From assembly GCA_030704615.1 (NCBI GenBank), contig CM060732.1, forward strand, positions 53,506,001 to 53,570,000: a stretch of DNA of 64,000 nt. The letters are read 5' to 3'. This DNA comes from Takakia lepidozioides. Lineage: Eukaryota > Plantae > Bryophyta. The notes below the pieces were generated by a model, which saw nothing but the letters and a program-made list of their open reading frames with translations, did no database searches and was not told the DNA's origin. Positions 39,101-51,880 of the stretch are shown here, piece by piece. Numbering within the stretch: position 1 is the first letter of the stretch; every line of letters starts with the position of its first letter. A program made the translations under genes and the position numbers.

Positions 39101-41230
39101 CCCCCAATAACACACCGGCCGCACTAGCCTTGGTAGCAGGTGTCAGTGCTGCACGTGTAGCTCTCCCCAATGGCATAGTAACCTCCGCCTCGGTAACAGT
39201 CGGGCGCAAACTAGGTGCCATGGATGGCGTTGACACTGTCTCCGCCAAGGTAAATGACTGAGGCAGCCTCGCCTGACGGCTTGCCTCCCCACGTTGTGGA
39301 CCCAACTCCACCTCTGCACCTCGTGGCTCAGGAACTCGTGCTGCTCCTCGAGTCACGGCTGCAGCAGACTCCACCTGCTGTAGTGGTAGTGCTGCTCCGC
39401 ACATGAATCCCATGCCTCCCATATCTCCTCCCTCAGGAACAGGAGGTGGACCATCCCGCCTGGGAGCCGGTATCGCCTGAGCTGTAGCCATGGTAGCGAG
39501 CCTCTGCTCTAGCTGCTGAAGCCGGTTGGTCATGCCTTGGTCAACACCTTGACCTCCGCGTCCTTGGCCATGTTGAGCTTGCCCTTGGCCTGCACCTCGT
39601 GCCCGACCACCTCATCCTCTCTGGGCTGGTCCACCTCGCCCCCGGCCACCATTGTTCCCTTGGAACTGGCCTGGGCGCAACTCATGATGCAAGTCATAAT
39701 ACTGGGCATCTCCATGCCCATACTTGCCACAATGCCCACACTGCAACTGTGCAGGCTGTGTTTGTGCCGGCCTTTTGCCACTCTCTGGGCAATCACTTGG
39801 GTTGGGAAACCTTGCCCCCCTGACCACGCTGTTGGGCAATCCCTTGTGCCTGTGGGCTGGCAGCTGCGCCTCGTGCAGGCATGTCCTTGCCAAACCCAAT
39901 GATAACAACTCGCTCCTCCACCATGTTGAGCTCAATCCGCTCAGCCAGCAGAAACACATCTGCTAATGTGGGTTGGGCTGCTTGTAACAGGGTTGCATCC
40001 CGCACCCTTCTCCTGAGCTCCTTGTCCAAAATTCCATACCAGAACTGGATTGCCTGAGCTTCAGTAACCCCTTGGGTCACACTTATCAAGCGCCTCATAC
40101 GAGTGTAGGCCTTTCGCAAGCTCTCACTGGGTTTGCGCTGGAAGTCTTGCAAACTTCGCAGCTTCTCTGTCCGTACACCTTGGTAGTTCCTCCGCAACTC
40201 CTGGAAGAACTCCACCACCGGGTTGAATCTAGGCACATGTGTTGTAGTCGTGGCAGGAGGAGTAGTAGCACCTTTTGAACTGGTACCACCTGCAGAAGTA
40301 CCGGCACTACTTGTTCCACTACTAGTACTGGTAGTGGGAGATATTGGTACTGATGCAGCTACTGATCGCGTCGTGCCTCAAGTAATGGAGACGTAGTCAG
40401 GTGACCAATACATCCTCCACTCCTCAATCTCTGCTTCATGTCCTCGCCTGAACTCGTGGTAATCGTCCATAGGCGGGCCTTCCAAATGCTGGAACAGTCC
40501 CTTCCACGCCATGAATGGGGTGAATAGCTGTGGATTGCACATCTGCTGCAAATCACACCAGCTGTCGAACTCCTGGATAAAGTCATCCAACTCGATTGTG
40601 CCCACAGCTCCAGAGTACCTACAAGGCCCCTTGGTAGCTCCATACATCTTCTCCATGTCGTCCCACAACAATGGCGAATGAAACTGCACACCTGTTGATG
40701 AAACCTCCGAGTCTGTGTTTGACTCTGCACTAGTTGAGGGTGGAGGTGAAGGTGGTCTGAAACAAACACCTCGTCTGGTGAACCCACTCTCACTGCTACT
40801 GCCTGTAGCCGTACTCCCCTCAGAACCCCTGGGTAACTCCGTGATGACACTCACAATGTAAACCTCCCCCACATGACACTATAAGGCTCTATTACTAATT
40901 CTAATAGTGACACGGGTAGGCACCTGTTGCAGTTTAAGGGTCATATCCCAGTGGCTCAGGGCACCTGCACTTGCATCCACCGCAAGAACTCCTATGGTTG
41001 GCTGGTCATCAACCCAGTCTCACCATAGAAGAAACACTGGTGGTCTTGCTGGTCATCACTCCAGCCTCACCACCGACAACATACTCTAGGATTGACCGGT
41101 GATCAAATCTGGCCTAATCCCTATGAAAGCAAGCGCCCACACAAAACCAACATGGCGCACAGTCAAGCATGCAGGTGTTGGGGGGGATCCAAACACAAGA
41201 AATCAAAACATCAACACCCCCACACCAAAA
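36171..41230 (-). mobile_element. Element A copy X: leader, gag, (protease deleted), C5-MTase, RT and RNaseH
   Basis: Collinear frameshifted ORFs 40378-40872, 39793-40236, 39033-39533, 38918-39124, 38231-38890, 37781-38224, 37106-37666, 36843-37337 and 36372-36836. RT motifs LDLRSGYHQ, LPFGLKNAP, YIDE; RNaseH TDWS, EGECLA, TDHQPL. Confidence 0.93.
38080..39030 (-). pseudogene. DNA (cytosine-5)-methyltransferase domain, DNMT3-like, inside Gypsy pol
   Basis: Motif I LLDLFGGISTG; II YVERD; III ADI; IV DLVVAGWPCQGHS; V RTGLFWE; VI YILENV; VII LDAAAV; VIII AHRPRLWWTNL; IX EREWAMGF; X RHQVLGQAM. One frameshift near 38900 and one stop at 38231. Confidence 0.93.
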
Positions 41231-41399
41231 TCCATCTGTAGTGCTGACCTACATAATATCCCAGCCCAAAACCCCGGACTGACTGGCCTCCACCAAGAGA
41301 GGCTTTGGCAACTACAAGTACAAAGTAATGAAAATAGTAAAGAGGTGGAGGGGAAGAATAGAAGCCCGACCAAGCAAGATCTAATCCTGATCTATGCTA

Positions 41400-42137
41400 T
41401 CAACAGACTTCTCTCAAAGTGCCTCGCTCTGCATGATGGTAAGGTGTAGGAGGTATATCTATGTCCAGAAACCTGCCACTAACCTTGTCCCAAGCTACAG
41501 TAGCTCGCTCTAACCAACCCTCCTCCTCTTTCTGCCAGGTAGAGACAAAGCAATACTCCCCTATCTCCCGCTCACTGAACACTAAAGAAAACAAAGGTAG
41601 GGTCTGATAGTCTCTCAACTCGAAAGCTTTGAGACGGTTGCGGGTGTCCTCATTGCGAATGACTGCATCTCCCTCAAGCAAAACAAACTTGTCATTGCTA
41701 ATGAACCCCCGCTCATGGTTGCCTTGTGCAGAGTGTGTCCGACTGCAACCATGTCTGATTGCACAAACTTGTGTAGCTCCTACTCCTCTACTCCAGTACA
41801 CCACGGCCTTGTGGCTGAACACCTTGGTCCCCGGGGCTGTCTTTGGCTGTGTTCCAAGCCTAGCTTTCACCCGCTTTGGTATTTCACTTACAGCTGCAGA
41901 ACTGCTGGCTCCAACAGAGTTCTGACTGTCCAAAGCAACATTGAGGCCCTCAACGCCAACTACAACAGTTTGTTGTCTACTGCTAATGCATGACTCCCAG
42001 TATGTAAACAACTCGTCCAACTGTTCTCCACTCACATCAGTCTGAGTTCCTTGGGAAACATAAATCTTGTCCCCTTGGGTGCACAGGCTAAGAGAAGAGA
42101 CCTGCCCTTCAATTACGTCCTCATTTCCCCTAGCCAT
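41400..42137 (-). CDS. Unassigned 245-aa ORF upstream of element A copy X
   Basis: Uninterrupted ORF, same strand as gag; no recognised domain. Confidence 0.3.
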   Translation of the reverse strand: MARGNEDVIEGQVSSLSLCTQGDKIYVSQGTQTDVSGEQLDELFTYWESCISSRQQTVVVGVEGLNVALDSQNSVGASSSAAVSEIPKRVKARLGTQPKTAPGTKVFSHKAVVYWSRGVGATQVCAIRHGCSRTHSAQGNHERGFISNDKFVLLEGDAVIRNEDTRNRLKAFELRDYQTLPLFSLVFSEREIGEYCFVSTWQKEEEGWLERATVAWDKVSGRFLDIDIPPTPYHHAERGTLREVC

Positions 42138-42589
42138 ACAAGGAGTACATCCCCAGATTTATCTCTCATGTAGACCAGAACAGGTTCTAGAAATAGGATT
42201 GTGGATCTTTTATGGCACATTCACACTCTAAAAATTCCATAGATTTTTAGCAGAGTCCCAAAAACAAAACAAAAAAAAACCAGATCTAGATAGGTAGATA
42301 TCCCCTTTCTGCAGCTATCCCCCCAAAAACTGGGTCAAACAGAGTCCATTTGACAAAGATATGACCAATTTGGCTCTAAATCATTTAAACTAGATCAAAA
42401 GGTTTTTTTTTTTTTTTTAACACCAAAACGTTCTCGCCATTACAACCTGTTCCCAGGTTATCTACGGGTTCCCGAGGCCGTTCCCACATATATACCCCTC
42501 CCCGCTCCCCTGCGTTTGTACTTACTGCTTCTACTCGCCTGTATTACTGCTCCCCCGCTCCTCTGTGTTCGTGCTCCCCTACTGCTTCC

Positions 42590-42970
42590 GCCCCCCCGTA
42601 AAAGTTGCCTTGCTTGATTGCATCATCATTTGCATCACCCAAGGCAGCCTGAGACAGGTATTTTGCAGCGAGTTGGACACGCTTCACATTCTCCTGCTCT
42701 TGCACCAGCATGTGTCCATACTGCATCAACTTTGCAAGTGTCATGGCCGGCTTCTGAAACCTCGGGGGGCCTTCCTTGGAATTTACCAGCTTTTTGCCTA
42801 TGTTCTCCACTCCTACTAAAGTGGGCCCTAACTGCATCGTCGTACACCCGAGCCCTCACTGCCCCAAAGAAGTCAATGGACTGCCCAGGAAATGCATCCA
42901 CCAAGACTGTTATCTCATCAGGATGTACATTGTCTTCTCTAAAAAATTGCCCATGCAAAACCCTGCTTCC
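42590..42970 (-). pseudogene. RCA: Rubisco activase C-terminal fragment
   Basis: [29 protein letters not shown]; [50 protein letters not shown]; frameshifted. Confidence 0.93.
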
Positions 42971-43024
42971 ACTCTGGGGTCGTACTGTGATTCACAACCT
43001 TGGTTTGTCGAGGAGGACCACTTC

Positions 43025-44210
43025 CAAGTGCAGAGCTTACAGAAGGAAGCACTAAAGAGTGCATCAAATAGTTGGCCCAATGCAGTGGCGGATGCAGGGG
43101 GCATAGTGGAGCTTTCCGCCCTCATTCTGCAAGTGGATCCTCAGCCTCCACATGCCCTTTTGGAAGCAGCAACACTGGTGCTTTCCAATGTGCTCCGTTT
43201 CAGCTCACAGTATTATCTCAAAGTACCAATTGCGGTGCTTGTGAAGTTGTTGCGCCCAACCTGTGAGGCAACAGTGGTGGTGGCACTGAGTGCACTGCTA
43301 GTTCTGGAGAGGGATGATGCATCTAGTGCTGAAGGCATGGCTGAGACAGGTGCAGTGGAGGCACTGTTGGAGCTACTACGGTGCCATCAGTGCGAGGAAA
43401 TTGCGGCACGCCTTGTGGAGGCCTTGTTCAACAACGTCAAAATTCGTGACATGAAGGTGGCCAAACTTGCCATTGCACCTTTGTCACAGTACTTGCTCGA
43501 CCCACAGACACGAATGCAGCCAGCAAGGCTGTTGGCAGCATTGGCATTACGGGATCTGTTTCAGCATCAGGGCCTGTCTCGCAGTAGTGATGCAGTGTCA
43601 GCCTGCCGTGCTTTGGTGAGCTTGTTGGAGGATCAACCAAAATGAAGATGGTGGCCGTGTGCGCGCTGCAGAACTTGGTGTGCAACAGCCGGTCCAACAA
43701 GCGTGCAGTGGCTGAGGCTGGTGGTATTCAGGTGGTACAAGAGCTCCTGGCCTCAAGCAATTCGGAAACTGCAGGGCAAGCTGCTGCATTGATCAAGCTT
43801 GTCTTTTCAAACCATACCATTCAAGAGTATGCCTCAAGTGAAATTATTCGGGCTCTGGCAGCTGCCCTTGAGAAGGATTTGTGGGCAACAGCATCAGTGA
43901 ATGAGGATGTTGTGAAGGCCATGACAGTAATGTTTGGAAACTTTGGCCGGTTGCGCTGCACGGATGCTGCCACACATAGTATCACGCAGCTGGTGGGTGC
44001 ACTAAAGGCTGGCAATGAAGGAGCACAGAAAGCAGCACTTGAGGCTTTGTTCCTACTACGTCAAGCCTGGTCCTCCAGTCCTGCCGAGGTGGGAAAAGCA
44101 CAAACCATGGCAGCGGCAGAAGCCATTCCTATGCTGCAACTGTTGATGAGGACAGGCCCCCCACGCTTTCAGGACAAGGCAGACAGCCTGCTGCAGTGCT
44201 TGCCAGGAAG
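43025..44210 (+). pseudogene. CSI1: CELLULOSE SYNTHASE INTERACTIVE (ARM-repeat) fragment
   Basis: [18 protein letters not shown]; LLRCHQCEE; [14 protein letters not shown]; [26 protein letters not shown]; [18 protein letters not shown]. Frameshift at ~43640; the C2 domain is missing. Confidence 0.88.
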
Positions 44211-44407
44211 ACGAGAATATTGTTGGCTTTGAACTGCTGCAGCGACACTTCGAGTGGTTCCCGCCTTCCTGTTATGCTCCACTAGGCACACATAGCCAGT
44301 CTACCTGCAGGCTCTCGTGACCAAGCTATATTATAATAGTGCTTAAAAACAAAAACGTCACATCTAGCTTAGCACTAGAAAACTAGATACAGCTCATCTC
44401 TCTCGAG

Positions 44408-44650
44408 TGATAAGAAAAGCTAAAGGACACACACTCTCAACACAAGAAATATGAAATCCATCGCTATCACTCTTTAAAATAGAAGTCGAGCCAGGTGCAC
44501 CCCAAGCTATGGGGACTCCACCCCACAACAACCTACACTCCCATCATAAGCACACTCAGATCTAAATGCATGAAGGAGCTCGGTCGCGCAGGCTCAACTC
44601 GAGAGAGATGAGCTGCGCGACTGCCGCTCTCGTGAAGATAAGACGGTTCA
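44408..44650 (-). repeat. Inverted copy of the 26530-26767 repeat
   Basis: Direct sequence match. Confidence 0.88.
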
Positions 44651-45843
44651 GGTGTCAAACTAAACTTGACACCTGATTTAACACTTGACCTAAATCCAAG
44701 TGTTAAATATAAATAACTAGCTTTATTCTAGTTGTTTTCACACTATGCTTATTTAACTTGACATCACACCAAAAATTATTCATTAGAAAATGATAGCACC
44801 CCAATTGTTATACAAAATACAAAAGGGTTCTGTTATATGTACAAAGTGTTACTGGAGGAAGCCTTTACATTGGATGTGTAAAATTCATTGAGTAACCTAT
44901 AATAGCTCTTAAGAATTTTGATTAGATGAGAAATTTATGTCAATGTGCAATCTATGAATAAACTCAATAACTCAACAACTCAATAGTATAGTTGGTCGAC
45001 AGAGAGTAATGCAAGAGCTTATAAATTAGTATTGTTTAGAGTCTATTGACTTAATACTTGGGGTGTCACAGCTTGAATACATATATAAATGTAGACTTCA
45101 AGCAGATCACCAGATCATAAGACATGGCACATGACACGAGGACACGGCACCTGCAAACAAATATTTGTACTGAAAAAAAGCTTTTAAAAGCATATTATAG
45201 TTACATAGATATAAATACATAGGGTGTGTTAGTTTCTCAACATATTACAACTTACAAATGGGGGTATAATATTATAATCACAATACTAGCTTTTAATCAA
45301 ACTCAAAATTTATAAAATCATAAAATGAAGTACTTAAATAAAGCATTTATGAACTCATTTTCAATCAATGTTTCATTTTATATCTTTATATTTGGCAGAT
45401 ACAAGATTGCTAAGCAATTTGATTGGGTGTTTCATCCTATTACCTCTATGTATGTATGTAAAAAATTATGATCCGATTAACAAGATTGTTAAGCAATCTG
45501 ACTGGGTGTTTCATCTCATATCTTTATACATATATGTGGCAAATTATGATTCATTAATAAGATTGCTAAGCAATCTGATTCGATTTTATTAGACGTCTAG
45601 GATTAAGTTAGGTTTTGGTCTTCCTAGGTGGCAGCGGGAGGTCTTTTCAATCTTCTCTTCTCTTGTGATTTTTTTCATGTTGCAAAGAAGCGACAATGGG
45701 GGAACCGGTGGAAGTTATAGAATCAATGAGATATTTTAGTTTATGTGATTTTGGGATGACGAGGAGGCAACGAGGAGACGACGATGGCCATAGAGTTCTT
45801 CACAACTCCTATGTTTCACATCCAGGAGATGAAGTACTATGGT

Positions 45844-45876
<33 letters not shown>

Positions 45877-47749
45877 GAAGTAGTTGTACAATGATCTATA
45901 GATAGAGAATTTAACTGTGAGAAGGACAAGAGAGTGAAGGAAAGAGAAAAGTTATAACTATGGAGGTGTGCACAAAAGTAAGATTGTCGTGTTGTACATC
46001 AGTTTATGGTTGTGCAGGTCGATATGGAGCTTACTGGAACGAAACGATCAACTGTTGACAAGGAATTCTGGCCTCGAGCTTCCTTCGGTCTGTGATGTAC
46101 ATCGAGGGTGCGTTGTGAATTTACGATTGGTCACTCTGTATTAAGGGCTGACAGGATGTGAAGTGTAGTATCATTTTGCAGTAAGGTGAACATGTTATAA
46201 GGGGGGATAAATTTGATTGGCAAAGAAATATCTGCACGTCTCTTTCCAACGAATGAGACATCCAAAGGAGTGGCCAGAAAGGCACCATGTTCCCAAATAT
46301 TTGCAATATGAGAGAGTCTAGCCTTCTCCCAATTAGCCCATTTTGCCCAAAGGAGTGGCCAGAAGGGCACCTTGTTCCCAAATATTCGTAAGAGGAGAGA
46401 ATTCAGCATTATCTCAGTTAGCCCATTTTGCCTTTAAGTCCAACAAGATCTCCGAGTCCATATTGTAGTTTTCAAATATGGGTTGTTGGATAGCTTCAAC
46501 GAAACATGCGGGAGCATTCTCTGAATTAGAAAGGCTTGCACTATGTTCCATGCTTTCTAGATATTGGAGCGTCATGGTTGCGACTCGATCTCCTTGTTGG
46601 TTCTCTTACCCTGTACAACTCATATGACCGCTGAGAATCCAAAGGGTGGAAGAAGATGGGTGTAGTGCAGTAAATGAGGTTATATTAATTTGATCCACGG
46701 ATATTTGCGTTTTAGGGTCTATGATTCATAAGCCTCCCTGCTCTTTTGGTTGGCATAATTGGCTCCAGGAAATCGGAGCAAAACGTTTAGGGGAAATGGG
46801 GGTTGGCCCCCCACAGAAAGTTCGTCATTAGTGCTTTGATTTTTCTTATGAACAAAAAACCCAGGGCCAAGATTGCACAAATGGACGTGCAAATGCGCGT
46901 CAGGTCCAAAATGAACGTTATTTAAGTTTTATTAATAAATTTTTTATCCTTGATATTGAGGTGGCAGCCTAGGTGGACCGTGGGTAGATCTAACTAGCAC
47001 TAAAAATATTTTAATGATATAAATTATATATTTTCAAAATTATCAAATTAGCTGCGACCGCCCAGTTTTGGCGATCACTTCAAAATTTTGTATTTCTTAA
47101 TTAGCTGCGATTGTCAAAATTTGGCAGTCACAGCTGTTAAAATTTGGCAGTCGCCGACTGCCAAATTTTGAGTTTGGCAGTCGAATGTAATTCTTTATTT
47201 TGTTAATAGGTGTGACCACCAATTATGGCGGTCGCATGTATTTTAAAAAAAAAATGGTCCGGCATGTTTTTTTGGAATTTTTGCAGTTCCGACAGTGATC
47301 ATGATAAATAATTAAAAACATAACTTCTGCATGTGTACATGGTTAGTATAATGATCACACTAAACTTTGGCAGTGCAGGTCTTGGGGTCGAATATTCATG
47401 ACATTCGGCACTGGAAGGGCTTCAATTTAAAATTCTCCGGCAACCTCTTTCTGGATTTAGTTATCACCGGATAGAGTAGGCATATACGGTATTTATTTTT
47501 ATTATAGAAAAACAGACGTGACATAGGTCGAGTCAGCGTCAGTTCTAACGTGACGTGACGTGACATGACGTGATTGACGTGATATGTGCAATTGGGCCCA
47601 AGGCCCAAACCGCAACAAAAGACCACAAAGTTCCTAACAGAATCTGGTCTAGTACCAAAGCATTACCGACGATGGAGAAAATGACAGAACTTTAGTAAGC
47701 TAGTTGTTGATTCATTCGCTTTAAGACTATGTCAAATGTTTGGTCGTCC

Positions 47750-48565
47750 AATAGGTTGTGACCAATCTGATAACCAAGGAGCGTATGGGATTCACTTTCT
47801 CATAACCACTTGAGTCCAAAATCTGCACCCTATGGTTGGTAGTGAGCAGAAGGGTACCACTACTTAATTGGGAAAGCAGCCCTAGTTAACTTTGAGACTA
47901 GAGGCCATGTTGTTTCAAAGCCTGATCAACGTTCCCCCTTGAGGAGTTATCCAATAGCAACGTAGTATCATCCGCATACAAAGATAGAGTCAATGAATTC
48001 TAAGGATCAGAAAGTAGAGTGCGCAAGCCAATGATGTCATGGCGATGATCCGGAAGTGGCCCAAAGAGTCTGTTGCAATTAACAAGATGAAATGTGTCAA
48101 GGGGCATTATCGTCTCACAGATCTAAAAAGAGGAAAAGACGGAGAGATCACTCCATTCACCATAATCCTACGGGAGGCGGAAGACGTAAAATTTTGACCC
48201 AGAAGAGGAAAAGACCATCCAGTCTTAGATTTTGGTGAGGGCCCCAAAGAGAAAATGCCAGTCCAACGAGTTACGAGTCAAATGCTTTTTCAAAGTCAAG
48301 CATGAGGAATGCTAAAGGCTGATGGATTTATGAAGCCACGGTATGAAGTGCTTCATGGGCAAGAATGATGTTGTCCAAGATCATGCGATCCTTAACAAAT
48401 CTCGTTTGATCTTGACTAATGATTTGAGAGAGGAGGGGTTGTAGCCTCATTGCTAGAGTCTTAGCAATAATTTTGTACAAGGAATTCAACAGAGTGATAG
48501 GTCCGTAATTAGTGATTTTATCTCTATCATTTTTCTTGAAGATAAAAGTGACGAGGCCGTGTGAA
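47750..48565 (-). mobile_element. Decayed L1-like LINE RT fragment
   Basis: GLVTFIFKK..NYGPITLLNSLYKIIAKTLA.RLQPLL..DQTRFVKDRMILDNIILAHE..FEKAFD. Confidence 0.8.
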
Positions 48566-49173
48566 GGTGATGACCAGCTTGGTTTTTTTTAGTTTTATGG
48601 ACCGTAACTTAATGTCTATTGTAAGACAACGAGGGTCGTCTACATGTTAGAGATCCAGCCCAACCGGAGTTGAGATCCCGAGTTGGTATGATTTAGTACT
48701 TATTTGATTTGATTTGGGTCATAACTCATGAGTCATTAGGAGACAATTAATACAATTATCAAGTATATCAATTTTTACTATTGAAAATTCCGTGTGGGAA
48801 GTGAAGGAAGAGTGCAGATAATTCTCGATTGCCTCATACAAGCACAATGTGGTGGCAGATTTTTTCATATTTTGTGCTTACAAATCAAATCAATTCATGG
48901 GGTGAACTGACATTGCTTCCATGATTTTATGGTTGTCAAGCAGCTAACACCTTGATCCAGTCCCACGTTTCAGCAGTGAGGCACGAGAACGAAGGTTTTT
49001 GATTGAACTGGCTGTGAATGGGTACAAGGCTCTCACAACCCTTTTGATTTGAGTTGGTCCATAACCCCTGAGTCACTACGAATTCGAAATAGTTGAACGT
49101 TTGAGTATGATTAATGGGGTTTGGGAAGATGATAATTGTTATGATCGTGAGATGAATGACAATTCTAGTAAAG

Positions 49174-49174
<1 letters not shown>

Positions 49175-49206
<32 letters not shown>
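49175..49206. repeat. (TA)n microsatellite
   Basis: Seen directly. Confidence 0.9.
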
Positions 49207-49208
<2 letters not shown>

Positions 49209-49599
49209 CAGGCCCGACGGACATCAAGATTTTTTTTTTAAAACCCATAGCTCTGCCCGGCGGGTATATTAATTAAACCCATATACTCGCCGAACACTGG
49301 TTGTAACGTAACAAGCTACATTCGGTTCTTCTTCAACATCAACGAATAACCAACAAAACTTATAATGACGACGACCATCCTTAGACTTACGATGGATTGA
49401 AAAATATGACATTTTTATTACATCTCACTGATGGGCCGTACAGTTGGAGACATCACATGTAAATTCCCCGAAATTTGTTTCATTGAATCACCATCAAACA
49501 ATGAGAAAAACACATAAATTAAAAAAATAGCTTGAAATTTTAATGATCAAAATTTATGAATGAATTTCGAAAATACTTACTTTACGAACCGTCGAGAAA

Positions 49600-51880
49600 G
49601 CAGTCCCTCGTATATGAATGTCGTGGATGACAGTCAACTCATCGCGCATTTCTTCGTCAGGAAATGGAATCACTACGATGAATAAAATCTCTACATTCTG
49701 CAAACCGATTATTGATTTTCTTCTGCATTCTTTGAACCCTGCCTAAATACCAAGTGTCATTGGGTGCTCCTCTGCAGTTTTCCTTGGTCTGCATTTCTTG
49801 TTTGTAGTCTGGATCGCAGTCTCTTCCTCAACAAAAAATTCAGCACAATCCAAACGTAATCCCAAGCTCGTGGCTTTGTTGCTAGTACTTGGTTTTTTTT
49901 CTCGGTAAAACAACATCGATGCACTTTTTACTCGTGTCAATCTATCCTTGGACAGAGTAAGGTTGTCATTGAGTTGACTAACCAAAGTGCTCTTGACGAT
50001 GGTCTTCCCATCTACTTCAACAAATTGAACCACCGTCTTCGAACCATCTTTCTCTTGTTCAAACTCATCAATGATAACATCTAGAGGATATCTCAATTCA
50101 CTTTGAACAAATACATCTTCCGTATGATCGTCCAAGGGTTTGTTCAAAATATCCTCCATTGACTTCGAAGGACCGCACGCCAATTCATCCTCCACGACCT
50201 CATTTTGAATATGTGTGTCTGCATCAAGAGGAGAACAAATACAGTCTATATCGTCGACATCATCACCCTCATCTTCCATGCTTTTGAATAGCTTAGCTTT
50301 CATTTGTCTCTCAATTGTTCATGGCTCATTTCACCAATCCTCGTTTGTCGCTTTGTTTGGTCTCATCCCAAGTTTATGGCATAAAGGTTGCGCCTCTAGA
50401 AATCCAATTTTGAAAGCCTCTACAATGCAATCATCCGATTGTATAGTAAAAAAGTCGGACAAATCAGCAAGGGTATCTGGCTTCTTCTCCAAAGAAAACC
50501 AAATGTGTTCTAGTTTTTTGTGAGTTTTTGATAACTTGGCCTTTGGATTCACCTCGAACTTGGATATGTGTGTTAATGCTCCCACACTCTCAATCAAATC
50601 ACACCCGTTATATGTCATCTCATTCCGTAACATACCTCCCACTTTGCTGAAGAATATTTCACATACATCTGAACCAACAAGGCTAAAAAAAACTTGTACA
50701 TGATTAAACTTATCATTGCACAATTTGATAAGCAGAACCACGTAATGGCATGAAATTTGTAAATCCAAGTATGTTTTTCTGCTAATAAAGAAAATTTCAG
50801 ATTATATACCTCGTGTGGAATAACCACAACTTCCACAATCTGAAAAAAAAAACGGTACTTCACAGCACACAATGACATGTGAGGAGACAAAAAAACGTCG
50901 ATGTAATATGAAATGATGTGTAGGTATATTTCAGTACCTCTGGTATTCTTTCTTCAATGATTCACCGTTGATTGTAACTCCATCAGAGAAGCTTGCACAT
51001 TCCGAGATGCTAATCGTTGAGCTGCTGCCCAATTCAGTCGATCTTCTCTTTTGATATCACCTTCTTGAAGTTCATGCTTGTCCACTAATGAGTGATACAC
51101 CAATAAAACATGGTTCAATGTAACAACTTCATCACCCAACACCAAAATACGTGATGCACTGTCCAATGGATTTACTTTTTATCATTGTGGATGAGGTCCT
51201 GATCATGAAGTCCGTAGATATCTCTGCCGTTGTACACTTGACCTGAAAATAACCATCCTTCCTAAGGGATGCGAAATCTACAGTTGTCCGTATCATTGCA
51301 ATGTTTAGAACATCATACATTTTGACAAAGTCGTCTAAGATTATTACACCACCCACCTCTTTATTCACGGCATAGTCTTCTAACATCAATTTTCTCCTCT
51401 TACTATCTCCGTCTGAAGCATGCCCAATGACATGCCCAACCACCACCCTCACATATTTGTCCCACAACCGCCTCACCAATTCCCATTAAGATCTCACAAA
51501 ATTGCTGTCAAATCTATTGCAAGTGAGCTGGATTACCAATACCAATTCTTGGCTTCAAATGTGAGGTCCTTCTATGATACTATAAGACGGTCTTTGAGGA
51601 AGAGTTTAAGTATAAAATGAGAGAAAATGATGATATATTTCAGCATATGGTTGGAATGTGATGGAATATGCAAGTATTCCAATGGGAAGCATCTATGTGA
51701 TGGTGGCCGAAGATGAAACTGTTGTGAAGCGATTGTTCTCGAGTTCTGTGGGCTTCAAGACAACCATGTATGTATTTCAGATTTTATGATGCAAGTGGGA
51801 AAAGAGGAATCAGGATACGAACATATTGTGGAGGCATTAAAAAATAATGTGATCGCCCATTACGCCAGAGTGTTGATAAC
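49600..51880 (-). mobile_element. Decayed DNA transposase, P-element/THAP9-like
   Basis: IGHASDGDSKRRKLM; HDQDLIH; REDRLNWAAAQRL; GSDVCEIFFSKVGG. Spacing resembles the P-type SD, D(x)H, GTP-insertion and E..F motifs. Confidence 0.5.
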
